Source of the DNA: Mobula hypostoma
Taxonomy: Eukaryota
DNA: 64,000 nucleotides
Direction: 5' to 3'
Assembly: GCF_963921235.1 (NCBI RefSeq)
Contig: NC_086108.1
Location: 86,740,001-86,804,000 of the forward strand
Part shown: in pieces, positions 50,572 to 63,049 of the stretch
How positions within the stretch are numbered: position 1 is the stretch's first letter
Layout: every line of letters starts with the position of its first letter
Made by a program: the position numbers and the translations under genes
The notes under the pieces: model-generated
What the model was told of the DNA's origin: nothing
The model's database searches: none
What the model saw: the letters and a program-made list of their open reading frames with translations, nothing else

Positions 50572-50900
50572 ACAGCATCTGTTAATCATAAATTGGAACA
50601 ATTTTATTCATGTTGGAAAAAATAGTTTAACTACATAACACCTCATAGGCCGATTTTATTCTCACAAGTCAATGAATATGTTGTAAAAAAAAGATCACTC
50701 CTTACTCTGTACATAGTTTTCTTCTTTCAATTGTTCTTTTTTCCTCTCCTTTCTATAAGTATACATCAGATAAATATTATGTGGAGATTTGTGACAAATA
50801 TGATTATATGATATATATGTACAGTATCTGAAATACATCTTATGGAAATGTTTGTTTGATGATGAAATTCAATAAAAAATAAATTACAAAAAAAAGAAAG
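50572..50900 (+). mobile_element. L1/Tx1-clade 3' end with poly(A) tail
   Basis: It starts with KLEQFYSCWKK*FNY (L1-type C-terminus) and ends AATAAA plus an A-tail. TSD AGGTGACATA at 50562-50571 and 50905-50914. Confidence 0.75.
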
Positions 50901-52099
50901 GAAAAGGTGACATAGGGTTTGAATCATCATGGACAGAGCTAAGGAGAAAATGCAAACCAAAAGGACAATTTTACAATAGTCATGGCGGACTTCAATATGC
51001 AGGTAGATTGGGAAAATCAAGTTGATAGATAGATGGGGAGATAGATACTTTATTGATGCCAAAGGAAATTACAATGTCATAGTAGCATTACAAGTGCACA
51101 GATATAAATACTAGAATAGAAGTAGAAAGAATAAAAAAGGGTGGTGCTGGATTACAGGAGGAGTAATTTCTAGAAAGCCTATCAAATGCCTTTTAGTGGT
51201 TGAGCCAACTAGGGGAGCAGCTAATCTGGATTGGGTGTTGTGAATGTACCAGAGAGCCCTTAAGGTAAAAGAATCCTTCAGGGAAAGTGATCATAATATG
51301 ATTAAATTCATCCTGAGATTTCAGAAGGAGAAGCTGAAGTCAGATGTATCAGTATTACGGTGGAGTAAAGGGAATTACAGAGGCCTGAGAGAGGAGTTGC
51401 CCAGAATTGATTAGGAAAGAACACTGGCAAGGATGATGGCAGAGTAGCAATGGCTGAAGTTTCTGGAAGCAAATCGGAAGGCACGTGATATATATATATA
51501 TATATATATCCCAAAGGGGAAGAAGTATTCTAAAGGAAAGATGACACAACCATGGTTAACAAAAGAGTCAAAGCTAATATAAAAGCCAAAGAAAAGGCAG
51601 ATAATAAAGCAAAAAAATTAGTGGGGAGTTAGGGGATTGGAAAGCTTTTAAAAACCAACAGAAGGCAACTAAAGTTATTAAAAATTGAATACAAAAGTAA
51701 GCTGGCCAATAATAAAGAAAATACCAAAAGTGTCTTCAGATACATAAAGTGTAAAAGCAAGGCGAGAGTGGATAGCAGACCACTAAAAGGTGATGCTAGA
51801 GAGGCCGTAATGGTGGACAACAAAATGGCAAATAAAGTGAATAAATATTTTGCATCAGTCTTCACTGTGGAAGACACTAGCGGTATGGTGGACACTCCAG
51901 GTGTCAAGGTTCATGAAGTGTGTGAAATTTCCATAACTACAGAGAAGGTTCTTGGGAAACTGAAAGGTCTGAAGGTAGGTAAGTCACCTCGACCTCAGAG
52001 TTCTGAAAGAGGTGGCTGAAGAGATCTTTTCTAATATTTACATCTGTACACTTATAATGCTACTGTGACACTGTAATTTTATTTGGGATCAATAAAGTA

Positions 52100-52436
52100 T
52101 GTAAACTTAATAATAAATAAATAGTAAATAATTTTTACTGAGAACATGAATTATGGAATCCTTGAAAGTGAGTCTATAGGTTGTGGAATCACCTCCGTGT
52201 TGAGATAAGTTATTCATGTTGGTTTAGGAGTGTAAATGTTGAAGAGTAATACATGTTCCTGAACTTGGTGGTGTGGTACCTAAGGCTCCTGTATCTCCTT
52301 CCCAACAGCAACACTGAGAAGAGAGCCTAGTCTGGATGGTGAGGGAGTCGTTGATGAGGAATACTGCTTTTCTTGCTCCTTGTAGATGTGCTCAATGGTG
52401 GGGAGGGATTTTTCTGTGAAGGACTGGACTGTATTC
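52100..52436 (-). mobile_element. Rex1/Babar 3' fragment
   Basis: TGTAGATGTGCTCAATGGTGGGAGGG and GTGGTGTGGTACCTAAGGCTCCTGTATCT are reverse complements of Rex1 C-terminal sequence. Confidence 0.7.
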
Positions 52437-53399
52437 AGAATTCCTTCAGTTCTTCAGTATTGCTCAACGAATAATTTCAGAAGCAAGTACACCTGGAAAC
52501 TAACTGACTTAGAAAGGATGAAAGATTGCCACCTGAAGACTCATGGCTGATATTACTGGCCATTTAGCCAATACTAGAAGCTACTACCGAGTTACCAAAA
52601 ATGCGACATAATGTCAGAGGCATCATGGAGAAATTCGTAAGTTTTTGTGGCTTAGATATGGGAAGTGAATATTGGATCTATAGATACCAACTCATTCAAC
52701 TAAATCAAATCTTTGAACTCCGGTTTCTTGACTATCACACAGTTGACTGGAGCTGCCAAGTAAGATGAACATATATTACCAAAAAGAGCTGCACTATGAG
52801 GGAATATTAACTGGCAGACTAAAAACTAGCAGATTTAGAAAATAATTTTGCATTGTTTTCATTTTGATTATAAGCAAAATTCTCAGACTGAACACCAACC
52901 TTTGACAAACCTATAAGCAGTTTATTAATTAAATAATTAAAAGCGTACATAAAAAAGACATTAATTTTAAGAGCCTGAATAAAGAATATGTCTAGCCTAA
53001 TTAGAAATATTTCTTTATTCATTGTATGCTTGCTGAGTGCTGGTTTCTCTATTGAATTTTAATGATGGGAACACCGAACAATTATACTGATAAAATAATT
53101 GTTCAGAAGTATTATCGAGTTGTTAGATAGACTTGAGTGTATGTCAAACATGAAAGCGCCACAACTATTGAATATCTTTGCATTTTCTTGAATTCTTTAT
53201 TTTCTTCTCTGCGAACAGCTTGGGGAAGGCTGTATGATATTATTGTTCCTTGAGAGTTAATGTATATGGACTGAATTAAAGGAAGAGGAACCCACATACT
53301 GTGTCTTTTCCTTCGATAACTTCCTTTAAGACCATAAGGCCATAAGACATAGGAGCAGAATTAGGCCATTAAGCCCATCGAGTCCACTCGGCCGTTTCA

Positions 53400-56180
53400 G
53401 AGAAACATAAAAACATAGAAATCCTACAGCACAATATAGGCCCTTCAGCCCAAAATTCAGTGCTGAACATGTACTTACTTTAGAAATTACCTAGGGTTAC
53501 CAATAGCCCGCTATTTTTCTAAGCTCCATGTACCTGTCCAGCAGTCTCTTAAAAGACCCTATCATAACCGTACCCACCACTGCCACCGGCAGCCCATTCC
53601 ACGCACTCACCACTCTCTGCGTAAAAACCTACCCCTGACACCTCCCCTGTACCTACTTCCAAGCACCTGAAAACTGTGCCCTCTTGTGCTAAACCATTTC
53701 AGCTCTGGGAAAAAGCCTCTGACTATCCACACGATCAATGCCTCTCATCACCTTATACACCTCTATCAGGTCACCTCTCATCACTCGTGGCTTCAAGGAG
53801 AAAAGGCCAAGTTCACTCAACCTATTCTCATAAGGCATGCTCCCCAACCAGGCAACGTCCTTGTTAATCTCCTCTGCACCTTTTCTATAGTTTATACATC
53901 CTTCCTGTAATGAGGTGACTAGAACTGAGCACAGTACTCCAAGTGGGGTCTGACCAAGGTCCTGTATAGCTGTATCATTACCTCTCAGCTCTTAAACTCA
54001 ATCCCATGGTTGAGGAAGGCCAATGCACCATATGCCTTCTTAACCACGCAGTCAACCTGTGCAGCAGCTATGAGTGACCTATGGACTTGGACCCCAAGAT
54101 CCCTCTGATCCTCCACACTGCCAAGAGTCTTACCATTAATACTATATTCTGTTAGGGTATTTGGCCTACCAAAGTGAACTACCTCACACTTATCTGGGTT
54201 AAACTCCATCTGCCACTTCTCAGTCCAATTTGCATCCTATCAATGTCCTGCTATAACCTCTGACAGTCCTCCACAATATCCACAGCACCCCAACCTTTGT
54301 GTTATCAGCAAATTTACTAACCCATCCCTCCACTTCCTCATCCAGGTCATTTATAAAAATCACGAAGGGAAGGGGTGCCAGAACAGGTCCCTGAGGCACA
54401 CCACTGGTCACTGACCTCCATGCAGAATATGACCCATCCACAACCAATCTGCCTTCTGTGGGCAAGCCAATTCTGCACGAAGCTAGGTCCCCTTGGAACC
54501 CATGCCTCCTTACTTTCTCAATAAGCCTTGCATAGGGTACCTTATCAAATGCCTTGCTGAAATCCATATACAATACCTCTACTGCTCTACCTTCATCAAT
54601 ATGTTCAGTCACATCCTCAAACAATTCAATCAGTCTCGTAAGACACGACCTGCCTTTAACAAAACCATGCTGACTATTCCTAATCATATTATACCTCCAG
54701 ATGTTCATAAATTCTGCCTCTCAGGATCTTTTCCATCAAATTACCCACCACTGAAGTAAGACGCACTGGCCTATAATTTCCTGGGCTATCTCTACTCCCT
54801 TTGTGAAATAAGAGAACAACATTTGCAACCCCCCAGTCCTCTGGAACCTCTCCCGTCCCAATTGATGATGCAAAGATCATTGCCAGAGGTTCAGCAATCT
54901 CCTCCCTTGTCTCCCACAGTAGCCTTGCCCAGTCCCAGAGACTTATCCAATTTGATGCTTTCCAAAAGCTCCAAATCCTCTTTCCTAATGTCTGTATGCT
55001 CAAGCTTTTCAATCTGCTGCAAGATAACCCTACAATCACCAAGGTACTTTCCCGTAATGAATACTGAGGCAAAGTATTCATTATGTACCTCTGCTATCTC
55101 CTCCGGTTCCATACACACTTTTCCACTGTCCCACTTGATTGGTCCTAATCTCTCATGTCTTATTCTCTTGCCCTCCACATACTTGTAGAATGTCTTGGGG
55201 TTTTCCCTAATCCTGCTCGCCAAGGCCTTCTCATGGCCCCTTCTGGCTCTCCTAAGTTCATTCTTAAGCTCCTTTCTGCTTGCCTTATAATCTTCTAGAT
55301 CTCTATCATTACCTCATTTTTTGAACCTTTCGTAAGCTTTTCTTTTTTTCTTGACTAGATTTTCAACAGCCTTTGTACACCACGGTTCCTGTACCCTAAC
55401 ATCCTTTCCATGTCTCATTGGAACGTACCTATGCAGAACGCCACACAAATATCCCCTGAACATTTGCCACATTTCTGCCGTACATTTCCCTGAGAACATC
55501 TGTTCCCAATTTTGTTTTCAAGGCTGATAGCTTCACATTTCCCCTTACTCCAATTAAACACTTTCCTAACTTGTCTGTTTCTATCCCTCTCCAATGCTAT
55601 GGTAAAGGAGATAGAATTGTGATCACTATCTCCAAAATGCTCTCCCATTGAGAGACCTGACACCTAACCAGGTTCATTTCCCAATACCAGATCAAGTACT
55701 GCCTTTCCTCTTGTAGGCTTACCTACATATTGTGTCAGAAAATCTTCCTGAACACACCTAACAAACTCCACCCCATCTAAACCCCTTGCTCTAGGGAGAT
55801 GGCAATCAATATTTGGGAAATAAAAATCTCCCACCATGACAACCCTGTTATTATTACACCTTTCCAGAATCTGTCTCCCCATCTGCTCCTCGATATCCCT
55901 ATTACTATTGGAAGGTCTGTAAAAATCACCCAGTCTCACACACAGAGACTCAGTAGACAATCCCTCCATGACTTCCTCCTTTTCTGCAGCTGTGACACTA
56001 TCTCTGATCAGCAGTGCCACGCCCCCACCTCTTTTGCCTCCCTCCCTGTCCTTTCTGAAACATCTAAAGCCTGGCACTCTAAGTAACCATTCCTTCCCCT
56101 GAGCCATCCAAGTCTCTGTAATGGCCACAACATCATAGCTCCAAGTACTGATCCACACTCTAAGCTCATCCACTTTGTTC
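53400..56180 (-). mobile_element. CR1 LINE, near-complete ORF2 (endonuclease and RT) with frameshifts
   Basis: ORFs 55664..56254 (YDVVAITETW..GDFY), 55415..55663 (GDSDHN), 54220..54708 (DFSKAFDKVP, GVPQGPVL, KFADN) and 53985..54209, with a (TTCTATG)-type tail. Confidence 0.92.
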
Positions 56181-56340
56181 ATTATGGCTGATCCCAGATC
56201 CCATTCAACTCCACATACCAACTCTTTCTCCATATCCCTTAATGCCATGACCAATCAGGAATCTATCAACTTCTGCTCTAGGTATACCCATCGACTTGGC
56301 CTCCACCACAGTGTGTGGCAGAGCATTCCACAGATTCCAT

Positions 56341-57613
56341 CTTGACTTCCGGGTCAAGATGGCGCCATGTTGCGAGATCCATTCCAGTTTTACTGTATAC
56401 TGCTAATTTCTGCTATTTCCTTCATATTTCTTTTTCAAGTATCTGATAGTCACATCAGATACGTCAGACTAACTCCTCTGAACATTGGGAGGATGGATTT
56501 ACCCACTATGTGCCGCCTTTTCTTCACTGGGATCCCCTCATTGTGCGATCCATGGGAGGCTCATCTATTACACCACTGCTAGTGCCAGCAAGGGAGAAGG
56601 GCCGGTGTTCTGGTGAGGTTGAGACAGCATGCTAATCAGCCGCCGCTACCAAGTATACTTCTAGTTAACATTCAGTCCCTGGACAATAAGGGAGCCAGAA
56701 TTTCCTATCAGTGCAAAACATGTGAATGTAATGTTTTGTGCTTTGTGGAGACCTGGCTGATGAAGGGTGTACCGGATTACACCATCAAGCCCTCTGGGTT
56801 CTCCCTGTTCCGATGGACAGATCAAAAAACCTCCTTGGGAAGAGTAAAGGAGGTGTGGTATGCTTCATGGTCAATAGTGCCTGGTGTAACCCCTGGAACA
56901 TGCATGCCCTCAAATCCTTTAGTTCCCCGGATCTGGAGTAACTTGTACTGCTGTGTGGACCTTTTTGGCTGCCTAGAGAAGTCATGGCTGTCATTATCAC
57001 AGCTGTGTATATTCTGCCACGGGCTGATACTGACTTGGCTGTCAAAAAACTGTACGAGACTATCAGCATGCTGGAGACTGCACACCCAGATGCTGCCTTC
57101 ATTGTCGCTGGTGACTTTAACAGAGCGTCAATATCTAAAGTCTCTCTGAAGTTTTGTCAACACATCCAGGTGAGCACACGGGGAAAGAGCATACTTTGAC
57201 CACTGCTGCTCTTCCTTACGCAATGCTTACAAACCGCTCCTCCGTCCACTGTTTGGAAAATCAGATCATTCCTCCGTCTTGCTTCTGCAGTTATACAGGC
57301 AGAAGCTGAAACAAGAGGCAGCCATTGTTAAAACCTGTCCACTGTTGGTCTGATCAATCGGTCTCCATGGTACGGGACTGTTTTGATTACATCAACTGGA
57401 ATGTCCTCCGTGATGAGGATATCTCCGAGTTCGACGAGCTTCATCTGGAAGTGCGTCGAGGATGTTGTCCCCAAAAATTGGTCAGGGGCTATCCAAACCA
57501 GAAACCCTGGATCAACAGTTCCATGTGAGCAGCTCTAACTGCGCAAGACAGAGCTTACGTTGCCAGTAATCAACAGGAACTCAGGAAATGCAATTACACT
57601 CTCTGTAAAGTTC
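56341..57613 (+). mobile_element. Rex1/Babar LINE 5' end and endonuclease
   Basis: 5' ACTTCCGGGTCAAGATGGCG, then PPLPSILLVNIQSLDNK..LCFVETWL, FIVAGDFN and NQKPWINSS. Confidence 0.85.
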
Positions 57614-58748
57614 TCCATTGGAGGGCAGTAATGTTCCCATACCAGGCAGTGATGCAGCCAGTCAGGATGCTCTCAACTGTGTCCCTGTAGAAAGTCCTTC
57701 GTATTGGGAGTTAGAGTCCTTCGAAGTTTGGCCATACCAAACTTCCTCAACTGTCTGAGGTGAAAGAGGTGCTGCTATGCTTTTTTCACCACACAGACCA
57801 TTTGAGATCCTTGGTGATGTGTATGCCAAGGAACTTAAAGCAGTTCACCCTCTCAATCCCACATCCATTGATGTCAATAGGGGTTAACCTGTCTCCATTC
57901 CTCCTGTAGGCCACAACCAGCTCCTTTGTTTTTGTGACATTGAGGGAGAGGTTGTTTTCTTGACACTACTGTGTCAGGGTGATGACTTTTCCTCTGTAGG
58001 TTGCCTTGCTATTATTTGAGATTAGGCCAATCAATGTAATATCATCAGCAGATTTAATTAGCTGTTGGGGGTGACACAGTCATGGGTATACAGAGAGTAA
58101 AGAAGCGGGCTTTAGACAGCCCTGAGGGGCACCTGTGTTGAGAATCAGAGCGACAGAGGTGAGGAAGCCCACCCTTACCACCTGCCGGTGATCTGATAGG
58201 AAGCCCAGGATCCAGCTGCATAAGGCAGGGTGAAGGCCGACGTCTCTGAGCTTCTTGTTGAGCCTGGAGGGAACTATGCTGTTGATTGGTGTAGTCCAAG
58301 AACAGTATCTTCACATGAGCATCCTTCTTCTCCAGGTGTGTAAAGACGGTGTATAGAGTTGTGGCTATTGCGTCATCTGTCGATGGTTGTGTTGTTAGGT
58401 GAATTGTAGGGGTCCAGTGTGGGTGGCAGCTTGCTGCAGATGTAGTCCTTGACCAGCCTCTCAAAGCATTATAGAGGTGAGTGCGACAGAATGTCAGTCA
58501 TTCGGACAGGTTACCTTGGTCTTTTTAGGTACAGGGACAATGGTGGATGTTTTGAAGCAGGACGGCACTCTACACTGGGAGAGGGAGAGATTAAAAAAGT
58601 CTGTAAACACAACTGCCAAATTGTGCCGCACACGTCCTGAGTACCCGCCCTGGGACGCCGTCCGGTCCCACAGCCTTGTGACTGTCCACTGGTTGGAAAC
58701 ACTTGCTTACTTCAGCCTCCAAGGTGACTAAGGTGCAGGTCACTTTGG
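57614..58748 (-). mobile_element. Rex1/Babar RT segment, inverted relative to the adjacent 5' part
   Basis: [35 protein letters not shown] and [12 protein letters not shown] on the minus strand. No 3' tail. Confidence 0.85.
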
Positions 58749-59217
58749 CAGCCCTCCTCATGGGCTTAATTTTGAGGCTGTGCCCTCTAGTTCTGGATAC
58801 CCTCTCCAGAGGGAACATTCTCTTCACATCCACCCTATCTGGTCCTTTCAATATTCGGTAGGTTTCAATGAGATTCCCCGCATTCCCTCCCCTCGCTCCC
58901 CCCCCCCGTCCCGTTTATAAAGCCTTAGCATTATCTCCTTGTTTTTATATTTTATTCCCCTTGAAATAAGTTTCAGCATTACATTTGCATTCTTTACCAC
59001 AGACTGAACCTGTGAATTAACCTATTGGGAGTCTTACACAAGGATTTACACCTCTGCTGTTTGAATTTTTCCGCATTTGTATAATAGCCTGCGCTATTGC
59101 TTCTTTTACCAAAATGCATTATCATACATTTCCCAACACTGTATTCCACTATCTTTGCCTGGGTGTGTTAATAGTAGCAATATCTAACAATGGTTAACAC
59201 TAGTATAAGGTAACTAT

Positions 59218-60118
59218 GATATCCCACCACCAAGCACATCTTTCCCTCCCCCTCACTTACCGCTTTCCACGGGGATTGCTCCCTACGCAATTCCCTTGTC
59301 TATTCGACCCTCCCCACTGCTCTCTGTCATGGCACTTATCCTTGCAAGCGGAACAAGTGTTGCACCTCCTCCCTCACTATCATTCAGGGTCCTAAACAGT
59401 CCTTCCAGGTGAGGCAACACTTCACCTGTGAGTCTGTTGGGTCATATACCCTGTTTAGTGCTCCCAGTGCGGCTTCCTGTGTATCGATGAGGCCCGATGT
59501 AGACTGGGAGACTGCTTCACCGAGCACCTATACTCTGTCTGCCAGAAAAAGCAGGATATCCCAGTGGCCACACATTTTAATTCTACTTCCCATTCCCATT
59601 CTGATATGTCCATCCATGGCCTCCTCCACTGTCATGATGAGGCCACACTTAGGTTGGAGGAACAACACCTTATTTCCCATTTGGGTAGCCTCCAACCTGA
59701 TGGCATGAACTTTGATTCCTCAAACTTACAGTAATGACCCACTCCCCCTTTCCTTGACCATTTTCCATCCCCTTTTCCCTCTCTCACCTTATCTCCTCGT
59801 CCACCCATCACCTCCCTCTGGTGCTCCTCCCCACTTTTCCTCCTTCCATGATCTGTGTCTTTCTCCAATCAACTTCCCAGCTCTTTATTTCATCTCTGCC
59901 CCTTCAGGTTTCACCTACCACCCTGTGTTTTTCTCTCCCCTTCCCCCTCTTTTTAAATCTACTGCTCAACCTTTTTTCTCCAGTCCTGCCGAAGGGTTTC
60001 GGCCTGAAACATTGGCTGTACTCTTTTCCATAGATGCTGCCTGGCCTACTGAGTTCCTCCTGCATTTTCTTGGTGTTGCTCGGATTTCCAGCATCTGCAG
60101 ATTTTCTCTCGTTTGTGA
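59218..60118 (+). mobile_element. Penelope-like element 3' fragment (GIY-YIG remnant and tail)
   Basis: GPKQSFQVRQHFTCESVG..CSQCG..RLGDCFTEH. CAGTC-CTGCCGA-AGGGTTTCGGCCT-GAAA-CATT-GGCTG at 59981-60018. Confidence 0.85.
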
Positions 60119-60190
60119 CTATGAAATGTATCAGAATGCTGGGTAAGTGAGGTTGTTTTCATACAGCAGCTAACAGAGAGAGGCAGAGAT

Positions 60191-62015
60191 GTTTTTTTTA
60201 AAAAAACCAAAATAGATTTTGTTCAGAACAAATTATTTACAAGAAGTACCCATTCAATGCCATTTCATTCTTTACATTCATAGTCAAAGCATTTCGTATT
60301 GTCCTATTGCATTCATACATATCAAAAGTACTGCTGCCACTCAGTTTTATGTCCATGATTAGTCCTTTCATCACAGTTCTTATCCAGGTCACTCAGTCTG
60401 AGCCATAATGCCCACTGCTTTGATAAAGTTGCCACACTGTTCGTGGGCTAATGTACTGAGGGTGATCCTCCTGCTGGTCGACCCATACCCCTCCATCTCT
60501 CTGAGTTGGGTTGCACCAGACACTTCTCGCAGATTTCCAGAGCTGGGGGGGGGGCGGTGACAGCTCCTGCGCTGCTCCTGGTCTCTTGGAGTTGGGGGCC
60601 AGAGGTCTCTGTGCTACTCCCAATCTCCTGGAGCTGGTGCTGACTGGGAGCTGTGCTACTCCCAATCTCCTGGAGCTGGCTGCTTGTGGCCTCTGCACTG
60701 CCCCCCGTCTGCCAGAGCTGCTGGGTGGTCAACAGAATTCTTTCCCCATCTATACTTCCCCTTTCTATCTTTACTCTTTTGTTTGGCACTTCCGCTGCCT
60801 GTATTGCCAGTGTGCACATTTCATCCTCCGACGAGGAGTTGTTGCTGGCATCTGTTTGCTGTCCTGCCCCTTTCATCCTGTTCATTTTATTTTTGGCAGC
60901 CTGCCTTTTCTTGGATGGTGTCTTCTGAGACTTTCTCCTCTTCACCTCCTGTCATTCTTCTTCTTGCCCCTCAGACCTCCCCTCCTCCTCATGTTGTGGA
61001 GGGCCTGGGGTTTTTCAGCTGGAGGGGTGGGAGCTCAAAGCTGGTCAGTCTTTCTTCAGGCACATCACTATTTTGGTAGTGGCCATGACCCCTGTACTGG
61101 TGGTGGGTGTGTCAGTGCTTTCTCATTCTCATTAGGTGGGCATTCTCATTGCCAGCTCCTCCTCTTGTTGCCTGTGCATTGGTGCCAGTATGTTTTAGGC
61201 AGGCTCTGTAGAGGAGACCAGCCTCCCCACACAGGTTACAGCGCTTGCTCTCCTGGCTGGTCCTTTGTCTGCTCGCCTTCCTGTCTGCAGTTGCTGAAGA
61301 ACACAGCACTGCACTGGGCCACAACATGCCAGACTTGTTGCATTCTGGTGCAGCCTGGGTTAATCAGCAGACACCATATAACCGCAGTTCCCTCCGATGG
61401 CAAAGACTGAGGGAACGTGGGTGATGGAGCCTTTTGAAGCCACCCTCAGCTTGACTTTCGCCTGGCACTTGCTTGTCCAGATCCTGAACACATCTTTGAT
61501 GCTCGCCAAGTTTCCTGCTCTCCCAACATAACGGGCAAGGAAGGTGAGGACGTCTGTAATGACCTGATGTGGGTTGGGCAGGTGCACAGTGATCACACAT
61601 TCTTTTTGGGTGGGGATGGTGAACAGTGGCTGCGCCTTTCACAGTGACAGTGGCGCCTCGTTCCCCTTCTCCTGAAAATCCTGCAGGAACTTTTGCCATC
61701 CTGCCACTACTTGAATGTGCCATTGACAAAGTTGTTACCATTGAAGTCTTGGACATTGTAAATGTCCTTTGCCACGAACCTGAGCAAAGCCTTCCGAATG
61801 AAGAGATCCCTCGGGTTTCCTTCAGTGCCACCCTGAAGGTGTTTTAGATCGGTAAATGCAGTCACTCTAACTAGGCGTTGATTGCTGGAAAGAGGTGTTA
61901 GATTGTTTTCACAATCAGCATGAAAATCCATCAGCAGGTTAAGCTCTTATCGCCCCCTTGAACGTAACGCGTCCCTTTTCCGTCCTCACTTTTGGAATTT
62001 TCGGACATTTACCAC
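60191..62015 (-). mobile_element. Tx1-clade (Keno-like) non-LTR element retaining only a decayed ORF1 with three CCHC knuckles
   Basis: ITVHLPNPH..DVLTFLARY..IKDVFRIWTSK..VPSVFAIGGNCGY, then CNKSG(H)VVAQC / NCRQEG..TKD / CNLCGEAG.LYRAC and a basic low-complexity tail. A short 3' UTR and A-rich tail lie at 60191-60210. Confidence 0.8.
60609..60679 (-). repeat. 42-bp period tandem repeat in the ORF1 C-terminus (QLQEIGSST)
   Basis: CTGTGCTACTCCCAATCTCCTGGAGCTGG at 60609-60637 and 60651-60679, with a third degenerate unit near 60567-60595. Confidence 0.85.
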
Positions 62016-62055
62016 GATACTACATTTAATATTAGCCAAAAAAATCCGAGTAAGG
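62016..62055 (-). pseudogene. RNU2: U2 snRNA 5' fragment (about nt 1-40), degenerate
   Basis: GATACTACATTTAATATTAGCCAAAA matches the U2 reverse complement GATACTACACTTGATCTTAGCCAAAA at 23/26, followed by CCGAG-AAG. Confidence 0.75.
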
Positions 62056-62514
62056 CTTCATAACACTGAGAGCATCATTTTAAAACTTACCTTTAGCCAG
62101 TATTGAATTGATGCACATGGTCAAAGTGGAGTATTAAGTTGTCATACTGGCACATTTAAGTGAAGATGGATGTTGAGGATTTTATGCATTATGTAATTCA
62201 GTAGGCCCTGGCAGTGCAGCGCATTGTCGAGGGAGGGAGTGGATTTCCATAGTGATTCTCTCACTGAGCTGATACAATTGCAGCATGAAACATCCACAAA
62301 CTCTTGAAATCAACACTATTGTGCCACTTATACTTTAATTTCATGGATTAGTGTCTAGCAATGATAGAGCCCAGAAGCAGTCTCCTCATTATATCTGAAT
62401 TGCTCCATGCCAGGCAACATCCAGGTGATTGTCCTTTGGATCCTGTCCAATGTAATCACATCCTTCCTACAGAGGGCAATCAGATCAGTACACAGTACTC
62501 CACCTGGGGCTTTA

Positions 62515-63045
62515 TCGGAATCAGAATCAGGTTTATTATCACTGATATGTGCTGTGAAATTTGATGTTTTGCTGTATCAGTACAGTGCAAGACATAAAAA
62601 TTGCTATTGGAAATATATATATACGTTTTTGTGTATATATATACATACATATATACATAGTGCAAAAAGGGAGCAAAACAGTGGGCTGGTGTTCATGGAT
62701 TCATGGACTGTTTGGAAATCTGTTAGTAGAGGGGAAGAACCTGTTCTTAAAACATTGAGTGTGCATCTTCAGGTTCCTGTACCTCCTCGCTGATGAGAGC
62801 ACGTCCTGTATGGTGAGGATTTCCAGTGATGGATGAGGTCAGCTCCTCTTGAAGCTAATTTCAGTAGTGGAGAGGCTAGTGCACAATGGAGTCTGCAATC
62901 CTCAGCAGCTGTTCTCAATCCTGTAAATTGGAACCCCCTTGCCAAGCGGTGATTGCAACCATCAGAATGCTTTCCACACTAATTCAGTAGGAATTTACTA
63001 GAATCCTCGTTGACATACCATTCTCTTCAAACTCCTAATAAAGTA
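62515..63045 (-). mobile_element. Rex1/Babar 3' fragment
   Basis: The tail ATCGGAATCAGAATCAGGTTTATTATCA is homologous to 10346-10400, and the body is collinear with 10600-10970. Confidence 0.7.
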
Positions 63046-63049
63046 TGGG

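Larger units (their letters stand above)
48780..52025 (+). mobile_element. CR1 LINE 5' half (5' UTR, ORF1 with zinc finger/coiled coil and esterase, ORF2 start), decayed
   Basis: FCRIWE..DYTCEKW..IRELELELDE, CLPGARVQD..EVMVHVGTN (SGNH esterase-like) and MANKVNKYFASVFTVED. Confidence 0.85.
53328..59150 (-). mobile_element. Host CR1 3' fragment split into 53328-53399, 56180-56336 and 58750-59150
   Basis: The tail AAGACCATAAGGCCATAAGAC continues collinearly after each insertion. MKGPDRVDVKRMFPLERVSRTRGHSL at 58770-58850. Confidence 0.7.

Noticed and set aside
51025..52102. DNA transposon defined by ~70-bp inverted ends (51040-51125 and 52027-52102)
   Set aside because: Both arms are LINE-type 3' tails with AATAAA in opposite orientation around CR1 sequence, and they share no TSD.
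60120..60190. 3' remainder of U2 snRNA downstream of the Keno-like element
   Set aside because: Only GTATCAGA matches, which is not distinguishable from chance.
60511..61410. 299-aa plus-strand ORF
   Set aside because: It is the antisense shadow of the low-complexity Tx1 ORF1 on the minus strand and has no recognisable domain.
61100..61830. Host ZCCHC3-like zinc-knuckle gene
   Set aside because: It has multiple frameshifts and stops and sits between a U2 fragment and an A-tail, which fits a decayed retroelement ORF1.
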